Assembly: GCA_025054525.1 (NCBI GenBank)
Contig: JANWZJ010000001.1
Span: forward strand, 45,052 to 109,051
Reading direction: 5' to 3'
From: Bacteroidia bacterium
GTDB taxonomy: Bacteria; Bacteroidota; Bacteroidia; SpSt-205
Length of the DNA stretch: 64,000 nucleotides
Shown here: piece after piece, positions 30,492-38,405 of the stretch
Position numbering within the stretch: position 1 is the stretch's first letter
Layout: every line of letters starts with the position of its first letter
Translations under genes and position numbers: made by a program
The notes under the pieces: generated by a model
Seen by the model: only the letters and a program-made list of their open reading frames with translations
What the model was told of the DNA's origin: nothing
The model's database searches: none

Positions 30492-31097
30492 ATGGCACGA
30501 TATACAGGACCCAAGACTCGGATTGCCCGGCGTTTTGATGAGCCGATTTTTGGTTCATCTCGCGCTTTGAGTCGGAAGCGCTACCCCCCAGGCATCCATG
30601 GACGCTTCAAGAGAGGCTCTAAGCGCAGTGAGTACGGAAGACAACTGCTGGAGAAGCAAAAAGCCAAAGCAATTTATGGCATGTTAGAGCGGCAGTTCCA
30701 ACGCTTCTTTGAAAAAGCCTCTCGCATGAAAGGCAACACGGGAGAGAACCTACTTCAACTATTAGAGCGGCGCTTGGATAATGTGGTATATAGGATGGGC
30801 TTTGCGCGCACGCGTCCTGCCGCTCGCCAACTCGTAAATCACGGGCATATTCTCGTCAATAATAAGTCAGTCAATATTCCTTCCTACTTGGTATCAGCTG
30901 GCGATGTGATTAGCTTATCTTCTAAAGCACGCACCAGCACCACCCTCACTAAGCCTTTGGAGCAAGCCAAAAGCCGCTACCCATGGATAGAGGTGCGCAA
31001 AGCAGAATATGCAGGTACTTTTCTTTATGTACCTTCGCGAGCGGAAATACCTGAAAATATCCAAGAACGCCTAATCGTAGAGTTATACTCTAAATAA
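30492..31097 (+). CDS. rpsD: 30S ribosomal protein S4
   Basis: MARYTGPKTRIARRF...S4 domain RLDNVVYRMGFARTRPAARQLVNHGHILVNNKSVNIPSY. Confidence 0.95.
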   Translation: MARYTGPKTRIARRFDEPIFGSSRALSRKRYPPGIHGRFKRGSKRSEYGRQLLEKQKAKAIYGMLERQFQRFFEKASRMKGNTGENLLQLLERRLDNVVYRMGFARTRPAARQLVNHGHILVNNKSVNIPSYLVSAGDVISLSSKARTSTTLTKPLEQAKSRYPWIEVRKAEYAGTFLYVPSRAEIPENIQERLIVELYSK

Positions 31098-31098
31098 T

Positions 31099-32103
31099 AT
31101 GGCATTCGAATTATCTGCTCCATTAGTACTTCCCGATGCCTTTGAGGTAGTAGAAGAAAATTCTTACTTAGGGAAGTACATTTTTCGTCCGCTGGAGCCT
31201 GGGTACGGAACTACAATCGGGAATGCCCTTCGTCGCGTTCTGCTCTCATCCATAGAAGGGTATGCCATCGCTACGCTCAAAATCCCAGGCGTACTCCATG
31301 AGTTCAGTGCAGTCCCGGGGGTCATAGAGGATGTAGTGGATATTGTGCTCAATCTCAAGCAAGTAGCGCTGCGCCCCAGAGTATCTAACCCACCCAACCG
31401 TATTTTCGTAGAGGTGGCGAACGAAGAGGTTCTAAAGGCAGGCGACCTTGTAAAAGCTACAGGCTCTTATCAAGTGGCTAATCCCGATTTAGTGATTATG
31501 CATTTAGACCCCTCTGCTAAGGTACAGATGTCTCTGGGCATAGCAAAAGGGCGAGGCTACCGTTTCGCCGAGGAAAATAAAGCGCTACTTAAGGAGGAGA
31601 TAGACTTGAATGAAATCGTGCTGGATACCTCCTTCTCACCAGTGATACGCGTAGTTCCCCGCATAGAGACGATTTTGTACCGAGGCAAGGCGGATTACGA
31701 ACAGCTTCTGCTGGAGATTGAGACCAAGGGCAACCTTACTCCCCGAGAAGCTCTTATACATGCGATGGATATTCTGTCTGAGCACTTCCGCGAGCTGGTC
31801 GGAGCTATGCGTAAAGAAGGAGCGGCGTCCATCCCTCCATCGATACCTACCCAGGACCCGCAACTGCGCGTTCTCCTTATGCCGATAGACCAAGCCGAAC
31901 TCGGACTGACTACCGGCGCATATGAGTCCCTGCGTAGTAAAAATATCACTCGTCTCATAGACCTCGTCCAGCTCAAAGCCTCTGACTTGGCACATTTCCG
32001 CGGCATCGGTAAAGAAACAGTAGAGAAAATAGAGCTTGGGCTTAGCCGCTTAGGGCTACATTTGGGCATGGACGTCAGCGCATATAAATCCCTTCTAAGC
32101 TAA
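31099..32103 (+). CDS. rpoA: DNA-directed RNA polymerase alpha subunit
   Basis: 334 aa; N-terminal dimerisation domain [22 protein letters not shown] and a C-terminal alphaCTD. Confidence 0.95.
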   Translation: MAFELSAPLVLPDAFEVVEENSYLGKYIFRPLEPGYGTTIGNALRRVLLSSIEGYAIATLKIPGVLHEFSAVPGVIEDVVDIVLNLKQVALRPRVSNPPNRIFVEVANEEVLKAGDLVKATGSYQVANPDLVIMHLDPSAKVQMSLGIAKGRGYRFAEENKALLKEEIDLNEIVLDTSFSPVIRVVPRIETILYRGKADYEQLLLEIETKGNLTPREALIHAMDILSEHFRELVGAMRKEGAASIPPSIPTQDPQLRVLLMPIDQAELGLTTGAYESLRSKNITRLIDLVQLKASDLAHFRGIGKETVEKIELGLSRLGLHLGMDVSAYKSLLS

Positions 32104-32105
32104 CT

Positions 32106-32522
32106 ATGCGACACGGTGATAAAATCAATAACTTAGGACGCAAAAAAGCGCATCGTCAGGCTCTGCTGCGCAACTTAGCCTTGGCACTCATTCAACATAA
32201 GCGGATTTTTACCACGCTGGCAAAAGCCAAAGCCCTGCGCCGCTTCATAGAGCCTCTCCTCACGCGTGCGAAAAAGGATACGCTTCATAATCGCCGAACC
32301 CTTTTCCGCTACCTCCAGCAAAAAGAAGCGATTAAAGAACTTTATAGCACGGTTGCCCCAGCGATTGCTGACCGACCCGGGGGCTATACTCGCATTCTCA
32401 AGCTCGGCCCTCGCCACGGCGACGGCGCAGAAATGGCTATGATAGAACTGGTAGATTTCAACTCCTTCTTGGCGGGTCAGTCCCTTTCTCGAACGAAGGG
32501 CACCCGCCGTCGTAAGTCCTAA
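32106..32522 (+). CDS. rplQ: 50S ribosomal protein L17
   Basis: [56 protein letters not shown]. Confidence 0.95.
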   Translation: MRHGDKINNLGRKKAHRQALLRNLALALIQHKRIFTTLAKAKALRRFIEPLLTRAKKDTLHNRRTLFRYLQQKEAIKELYSTVAPAIADRPGGYTRILKLGPRHGDGAEMAMIELVDFNSFLAGQSLSRTKGTRRRKS

Positions 32523-32528
32523 TCATAA

Positions 32529-32600
32529 GCCCCCTTAGCTCAGCGGTAGAGCAACTGATTTGTAATCAGTAGGTCGGCGGTTCAAATCCGTCAGGGGGCT
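32529..32600 (+). tRNA. tRNA-Thr (anticodon UGU)
   Basis: Cloverleaf folded by hand: acceptor GCCCCCT/AGGGGGC, D-stem GCTC/GAGC, anticodon stem ACTGA/TCAGT with loop TTTGTAA, T-arm GGCGG-TTCAAAT-CCGTC, discriminator T; no encoded CCA. Starts 6 nt after the rplQ stop. Confidence 0.85.
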
Positions 32601-32612
32601 CTTTTAGCCAAA

Positions 32613-33479
32613 ATGCAGCATACCATACGCGGCTTGCACTGGTCCGATACCCTGGCTCTTTGGATAAATGCGGCTTTCTGGCTACCACGGCGGTGGTATT
32701 GGCGATGGCGCCTCAAAGAGGAACATGCCGCCTGGCAACAGCTCATGCGAACTCCCCGGTATAGTTGGCTGCATTGGCCGCTTTCGCTTAAGAACCGATG
32801 GTATCGCTGGCCAGAAGCAGGAGGCATCTGGGTGGATGCTACTGGATTAAGCTGGTTTTTAGGGAACCAGCACACGCACCTACCCGCCCACTGGCTTGAC
32901 CGCTTGAAGAATAGCTATATCGGATTTGATATTGGGGCGCATAGGGGCTACTGGACCTTAGCGCACGCAGCCCACCTTCCAGCCTCCTGCAAGGTATTTC
33001 TCTTAGAGCCTGAGCCCGAAAACTACCTCCACCTTCTGCGCAATCTCGCACTCAACAAAGCCTACTACGCCATACCGCTCCCATTCGCTGCATGGCGAAA
33101 GCCCACTTTCCTTCAAATAACCCCTTCTAAGCTGTCCAGCGAACATGCTTCATTCGGACATCAGTTCCAGGAAGCCGCACAAGGACAATTCCAAGCTACC
33201 TCCATAGATGCTCTGGTACAGGCACTTGCGCTCTCTCGTGTAGACTGGATAAAAATAGACGTAGAAGGAGCGGAAGTAGCTGTACTAGAAGGAGCATGCC
33301 GAACCTTAGAAACTTATTACCCCTCTTTGTGGATAGAAATTCACGATAGCTGGGACGCCGTACAAGCCTTTCTCCGAGGGATAGGCTACACAATCCGAGA
33401 GACCCTCTCTACCTCAGCCCCTTCCGAAGGAGCTTTCCGAGAAACAGGCTATCTCTGGGCCGAAAAGCTCAGAAAATAA
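32613..33479 (+). CDS. FkbM-family SAM-dependent methyltransferase
   Basis: YIGFDIGAHRGYWTLAHA...FLLEPEPENY...IDALVQALALSRVDWIKIDVEGAEVAVLEGA is a typical FkbM-domain pattern. ATG at 32613, only 12 nt after the tRNA. Confidence 0.6.
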   Translation: MQHTIRGLHWSDTLALWINAAFWLPRRWYWRWRLKEEHAAWQQLMRTPRYSWLHWPLSLKNRWYRWPEAGGIWVDATGLSWFLGNQHTHLPAHWLDRLKNSYIGFDIGAHRGYWTLAHAAHLPASCKVFLLEPEPENYLHLLRNLALNKAYYAIPLPFAAWRKPTFLQITPSKLSSEHASFGHQFQEAAQGQFQATSIDALVQALALSRVDWIKIDVEGAEVAVLEGACRTLETYYPSLWIEIHDSWDAVQAFLRGIGYTIRETLSTSAPSEGAFRETGYLWAEKLRK

Positions 33480-33516
33480 AGCCTTTTCACTAAGAGGGGA
33501 TTTTGTTGTATGAAAA

Positions 33517-34653
33517 ATGCGCATCGCTATTATATGCCATCCGGTGATGGGAGGCAGCGGCGTCGTCGCCACCGAACTCGCCAAAGCCCTTGCCTGTCGC
33601 GGACACGATGTCCATCTCCTTTCATCCTCCCTTCCCTTTCGGTATACAGACTGCTTACCGCAGCTTCATTTCCATCAAGTAGTGCCCTTAGACTATCCGC
33701 TCTTTCAATACCGTCCATATGAGAGCTCCTTAGCTGGTAAAATTATAGAACTGGTACACCGAGGGGTAGAAGTTTTCCATGTACATTACGCACTACCGCA
33801 TGCTATAAGCGCCTACTTAGCCCAACAAGCCTTGGCTCAGGAAGGGAAATCCCTTTCGCTCATCACTACCCTTCACGGCACGGACACCCTGTTGGCAGAA
33901 CAAGAGCCCATCCTCCAACCAATCATTCGTTTATCGTTGGAGCATAGTCAGTTTGTTACGGCTGTGTCTCACTCCTTAGCCCACCAGAGCCAACAAACCT
34001 TCAACCTTTCTCAAACCCCTATAGTGATTCCCAACTTCATAGACACGACTGAGTTTTCCCCCAGTCGCTACTGCGCTAAGCTCCGAAGCCACTATGCCAC
34101 GGAAGATGAGATACTCTTAGTTCATGCCTCTAACTTTCGCCCGATAAAGCGTCCTCAGTTTCTTCTGAAGCTGCTTGAAGAACTGCGTGAAATAGGCATA
34201 CCTGCAAAGCTTCTCATGATAGGAGATGGGCCTGAGCGCCCTATTTGCGAAAAAATCACTCGTGAAAAAGGTCTATCGGAAATAGTATGCTTTGAAGGTG
34301 CTCGCACTGATATTGCTGCATTTTTAGCGATAGGAGATATTTTTGTTTTGGCTTCAAAATATGAAAGCTTTGGCTTGGCTGCGTTAGAAGCCCTAAGCTG
34401 TGGGGTGCCGGTAGTAGCCCCCCGAGTAGGGGGGTTGCCGGAGCTTCTGGAGGGAGGTGGTGGCATTTTGTACGAGCCCCATGACCTTCAAGGCGCAGTC
34501 TATGCTATACTCCGCATCCTTGAAAACTTACCTCTTCTCCGAGAAAAAGCCCGAGCCAACGCTCTACTCTACGCTACCCAATCCGTAGTAACCCAGTATG
34601 AGAACCTTTACGAGAGAGCCAGGGTGTCTGTGGAGTCTTTGGGACCTTTGTGA
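33517..34653 (+). CDS. bshA: GT4 glycosyltransferase, BshA-like (N-acetyl-alpha-D-glucosaminyl L-malate synthase candidate)
   Basis: [36 protein letters not shown] closely matches the BshA N-terminus ([23 protein letters not shown]...RGHE.H). C-terminal GT4 EX7E region [25 protein letters not shown]. BshA assignment is tentative. Confidence 0.55.
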   Translation: [378 protein letters not shown]

Positions 34654-35633
34654 TTGAGGAAGAGGGATGAAGCAGTGAAAGTCAGCTGCCGTTGGAAAGG
34701 GGCCCGACGGTGAGGGCACTCAGACATAGCACAAAACTTACAGCATATTTCCTCACAGGGATCCATGTGCCAGAAAAACTCCGTTTCCTTTGGCATTTCC
34801 CGAGCTAAGAGGGTTTCCATCTCCTTCAGGGCTGCATGCGCTTGTTCCAAACTCCAGTACCAAGGCATCGTAACATGCCCATCTACATGAATACTCTTGC
34901 CATAATGCTGTATGCGCACATTATGCACATCTATCCAAGAAGGACGGCGGTGCTTCTCCAGGGCAGCTGCCAGTTTATCCAGAAGGGCGGGGTCTTGCGT
35001 ATCGGTAAGTACAGCAGTCGTTTCCTTGAGAATATCGAGACTACCATAAGTCATAAACCCTATTATGAGTAAGCCCACTCCTTTATCTACCCAAGCGGAC
35101 CACCCCTGCATAATGCCCCAGAAATTCACGATAACTATGAGCGAAGTACCGCTATCCCCAAGTAAATGCAGGGCTTCAGCTCGTAAAATAGAGGAATGGA
35201 ACCGACGCGCCCCTCGCCATAGAGAATAAGCCAAAGCTACATTAAGCCCGAGGGCAATACCCTCATAAGTAGCAGCTCGAGAAAACTGCTCATAAATAGG
35301 CGCTTTATATTCACCAATCAAAATCGTATAGCCCAAAGCGATAGAAGTACCGACGATTAGGAAGACTTGGAAGGTGGAGAAAAGGGCTTCTACTTTGCCA
35401 TGTCCGTAAGGATGCTCTCGGTCCCGAGGCTGTCGCCCCCACCAAGCCCCATATAATCCCAAGAGCGCTGTGAGTAGATTGACGAAGCTCTCGCCTGCAT
35501 CGGAAAGAAAACCGGCACTTCCCGCACTTCCATAGGCCATACCTTTGAAGACAAGCCCCGTCAGCGCCCCACCCAGCGCTATCTGAAGATAGTGCTCAGG
35601 GTGCCTGGGCCAAGAATCGTTTGAGCCGATCAA
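34608..35633 (-). CDS. cation diffusion facilitator (CDF) family divalent-metal efflux transporter with Cys/His-rich C-terminal tail
   Basis: EHPYGHGKVEALF between TM2 and TM3 aligns with FieF NHSFGHGKAESLA; C-terminal cytoplasmic domain; tail CEEICCKFCAMSECPHRR. The start is TTG per the track. The 3' end overlaps the bshA-like 3' end (convergent, 46 nt). Confidence 0.65.
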   Translation of the reverse strand: MIGSNDSWPRHPEHYLQIALGGALTGLVFKGMAYGSAGSAGFLSDAGESFVNLLTALLGLYGAWWGRQPRDREHPYGHGKVEALFSTFQVFLIVGTSIALGYTILIGEYKAPIYEQFSRAATYEGIALGLNVALAYSLWRGARRFHSSILRAEALHLLGDSGTSLIVIVNFWGIMQGWSAWVDKGVGLLIIGFMTYGSLDILKETTAVLTDTQDPALLDKLAAALEKHRRPSWIDVHNVRIQHYGKSIHVDGHVTMPWYWSLEQAHAALKEMETLLAREMPKETEFFWHMDPCEEICCKFCAMSECPHRRAPFQRQLTFTASSLFLNHKGPKDSTDTLALS

Positions 35634-36588
35634 TCACAGGAACCGGTGTGGGGTCTACCTTATGCGCTTCCGCTAAGTACACTGAAAATACATCTACTGC
35701 TTGAAAGAGCCACATCATCTCTGCTAAATGCGGCGCTTGCGGAGCTTGCCACCGAACATATGCGTATCCCTTCTCGTACAGCACATTCTCCATGAAGTCA
35801 ATCCGAAGCATGTTACGGGGGTGAGTGTGGCTTCCGCTTAGAATCCAGAAAGCCACTTTCTCCTTGAGAAGCGGAGAGGGAAAATCCCAGCCCACGATTT
35901 CATTATGATTCATCTCAGGAAGCACATGGTGCCAAGCCAGATGCTTGGCATTTTCTTGAATCTGCTGGCGTGCGCGCAGGGCTACAGGTTCATATTCGGG
36001 AGGGGCATACAGTACGATGAAGCGACCTTTCCAAAGTTCTGCCATTTGCTTGAGCTCTGAAGTGTCTGGGTGCTTAGGACCAGTGAGGAGCGGGGGGAGG
36101 GCACGCGCTTCTTCTCGCCAAGAAGAAGGGATAAGTTCTGCTCCCTCTAACGACCGAAACTGAGCCAGCAAAGAAAAAACCGCGGCTGCCCGTGGTGGGC
36201 GCCCTGACGGGAGCGGAATAAACCCTCGCAACTTTCCACTCTCGCCCCATTCCCGAAGCGTACCTCCACTGGCTATTCCTATCACTGTAGACCCTCGCCG
36301 CAGCGCTTCCTCTGTAGCTATCAAGGTCTCTTCGGTATTACCCGAGTACGACGCGGCAATTACTAAGGTATGTGCGCTAACCCAGGCAGGTATCCGATAA
36401 TCCCGCACAATCTCCCACGGAAGACGCAGATAAGGACGACTCCACGTTCGCACTATCTCCGCCCCAAAAGCCGACCCCCCCATCCCTAATGTAAGAATAC
36501 CTTTCCAACTGCCCTTAACGAGAACTAAGGGCGGCGCCTGAATGCCATCCTCCCAATCTTTCCCCAAACTCTCTACCCATTCCCACAT
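35596..36588 (-). CDS. SIS-domain bifunctional phosphoglucose/phosphomannose isomerase-like protein (archaeal-type PGI/PMI)
   Basis: GMGGSAFGAEIV...VIAASYSGNTEETL (SIS phosphosugar-binding) and a length of ~330 aa typical of the PGI/PMI family. Confidence 0.5.
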   Translation of the reverse strand: MWEWVESLGKDWEDGIQAPPLVLVKGSWKGILTLGMGGSAFGAEIVRTWSRPYLRLPWEIVRDYRIPAWVSAHTLVIAASYSGNTEETLIATEEALRRGSTVIGIASGGTLREWGESGKLRGFIPLPSGRPPRAAAVFSLLAQFRSLEGAELIPSSWREEARALPPLLTGPKHPDTSELKQMAELWKGRFIVLYAPPEYEPVALRARQQIQENAKHLAWHHVLPEMNHNEIVGWDFPSPLLKEKVAFWILSGSHTHPRNMLRIDFMENVLYEKGYAYVRWQAPQAPHLAEMMWLFQAVDVFSVYLAEAHKVDPTPVPVIDRLKRFLAQAP

Positions 36589-36699
36589 ACCCCGAAGTAA
36601 GTTAGAATTCCTTTATCCTATGAAACATCGCTCCCTGAGTGGGACGCCCTTCCCTGGCCATTCCGCAGACTACGACACATAAGTCTATCCTCATCGCTA

Positions 36700-37245
36700 T
36701 CAGATAGTCCCAAATAAATAGTCCCACCAGCGGCTGGTAACGCCATAGTATTTATTAGGCGAGCGAAAATGATGATGGTAATGATGCATCCAGAGACTGC
36801 GCAGCCAACGCAGTGGCGGAATAGGATGAATATGAATCATAAGGTGAATCATCTCATAGCTAAGATATCCTATACCAAACCCCGCATACCATGCGCCCAC
36901 TAACGGACTTCCCGCCCCTATTAGATAAAATACTCCAAAGAATATCAGTGCTACAGGCACGGTGAGACTGAGGGAAGTTACGATATGTTCTGAGCGATGC
37001 GGTTGGCGGTGGTGAATCCAGTGAATATCATATTTCTGTGCCCAAGGTCGCCCTGGCTCTTCGTGAAAGCCAAAGCGGTGAATGAGGTATTCTACGAGTG
37101 TCCAGAAAAACCAGCCCCCCACCGCCATCAGTCCAACCCAGCCTATAGAATAATGCATCAAACTCCAAACCAGAGATACCCCTACGGCCCCTCCATATAC
37201 AACTAAGGGAGGAAGTAGTACTCGGTATGCCCTGAGGTATCGCAT
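36700..37245 (-). CDS. fatty acid hydroxylase/sterol desaturase superfamily membrane protein (small, three His-boxes)
   Basis: HRFGFHE, HWIHHRQPH, HHYHHH His-boxes in a 181-aa, 4-TM protein. Confidence 0.6.
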   Translation of the reverse strand: MRYLRAYRVLLPPLVVYGGAVGVSLVWSLMHYSIGWVGLMAVGGWFFWTLVEYLIHRFGFHEEPGRPWAQKYDIHWIHHRQPHRSEHIVTSLSLTVPVALIFFGVFYLIGAGSPLVGAWYAGFGIGYLSYEMIHLMIHIHPIPPLRWLRSLWMHHYHHHFRSPNKYYGVTSRWWDYLFGTI

Positions 37246-37372
37246 AGCTCAAAAATAAGCTAAATTGTGCCTTGTACGCTCACCAGAGGAGGACAACTAC
37301 GAGTGGTCCTTTAGCCTTAGCTTAGTCCCGATGACCGGCTCCTCCCTCTGGTTTGTAGAAGTTTCACCTAAC

Positions 37373-37780
37373 ATGCTGAATGAGCTTGCTCGGGATACGA
37401 TGGCCGAAGCATTAGGCATTCAGTTTATAGAGATAGGTCCGGACTACCTGCGCGCCCGCATGCCTGTTGATCATCGCACACGACAATATCTGGGCATGCT
37501 CCATGGAGGTGCCTCTGTAGCATTAGCCGAGACGATTGCCAGCACAGGCTCCAACCTCATCGTCAATCCCCAGACCCACTACTGTGTAGGCTTAGAAATC
37601 AATGCCAATCATCTGCGTTCCGTGAAAGAAGGTTGTGTAGTAGCAGAGGCTCGTCCCCTACACATAGGTCGTAGCACGCATGTTTGGGATGTTCGGCTGT
37701 ATGAGGAGGGTACTACCCGCTTAGTGGCGATAGTTAGGCATACGGTGATAGTACTGAGCCGAGCATCGTCTGGGTCATAA
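37373..37780 (+). CDS. PaaI/hotdog-fold acyl-CoA thioesterase
   Basis: MLNELARDTMAEALGIQFIEIGPDYLRARMPVD...MLHGGASVALAETIAS, about 135 aa from the ATG at 37373 (track start 37265 is probably too early). Confidence 0.6.
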   Translation: MLNELARDTMAEALGIQFIEIGPDYLRARMPVDHRTRQYLGMLHGGASVALAETIASTGSNLIVNPQTHYCVGLEINANHLRSVKEGCVVAEARPLHIGRSTHVWDVRLYEEGTTRLVAIVRHTVIVLSRASSGS

Positions 37781-37797
37781 AGGGGGCGCAGCCCCCT
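37781..37797. terminator. GC-rich hairpin between convergent genes (candidate bidirectional intrinsic terminator)
   Basis: AGGGGGC-GCA-GCCCCCT, a perfect 7-bp stem with 3-nt loop, directly after the thioesterase TAA and abutting the rsmG stop. Flanking T-tracts are weak (TTTAT on the minus side only). Confidence 0.35.
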
Positions 37798-38405
37798 CAC
37801 CTCCTCAAACAGAGTATCCCCTTTGACGATAAGTAAGCCTCCCCCGAACAAACCTCCCGAAACGCCAGAAATGTTGCCCTCCATCCTTTAGGCACCTCAG
37901 GTAGAGGTTCGCCAGTGTAATAATACACCACCCCTCCCTTAGCCAGCAAGGGCTTCGCCCAGCCCAGTACCCGAGATAAAGGTGCCACCGCTCGCCCTAC
38001 TATCACTGGGAACTGTCCTTGTAGTTCTTCGGCTCGTATCCATTCCGCCTGCACCCGCTGCTCCAATCCTAAACTCTGAGTCATTCTTCGTACAGCTTCT
38101 ATTTTTTTGCGAGTACTGTCTATTAGGAGAAAAGAGGCATGAGATTGGGCAATCGCTAAAGGTATCCCTGGCAATCCCCCACCTGTACCTATATCCAAAA
38201 CTTTTGCCCCCGCAGGCAGCTCATACCAACATAGCAACAACAAACTCGGCAGAATATGATGCGACCAAACCGCTGCTATGTCTTTTCGGGAAATGAGATT
38301 GACCTGAGTATTGATCTCAGTCAATAGTCGGGCATATTCCTGCAGGGCAGCTATTTGCGCTGGGCTGAGACGCGCAGCTAAAGGCGGCGGGAGGAGGTTA
38401 TGCAA
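37797..38405 (-). CDS. rsmG: 16S rRNA (guanine527-N7)-methyltransferase
   Basis: KVLDIGTGGGLPGIPLAIA SAM motif; about 200 aa GidB-like. Confidence 0.8.
   Translation of the reverse strand: MHNLLPPPLAARLSPAQIAALQEYARLLTEINTQVNLISRKDIAAVWSHHILPSLLLLCWYELPAGAKVLDIGTGGGLPGIPLAIAQSHASFLLIDSTRKKIEAVRRMTQSLGLEQRVQAEWIRAEELQGQFPVIVGRAVAPLSRVLGWAKPLLAKGGVVYYYTGEPLPEVPKGWRATFLAFREVCSGEAYLSSKGILCLRR

Noticed and set aside
33510-33722. 70-aa ORF (MKNAHRYYMPSGDGRQRRRRH...) at the bshA-like 5' end
   Set aside because: Alternative frame over the well-supported GT4 N-terminus; Arg-rich low-complexity translation typical of a GC-rich off-frame.
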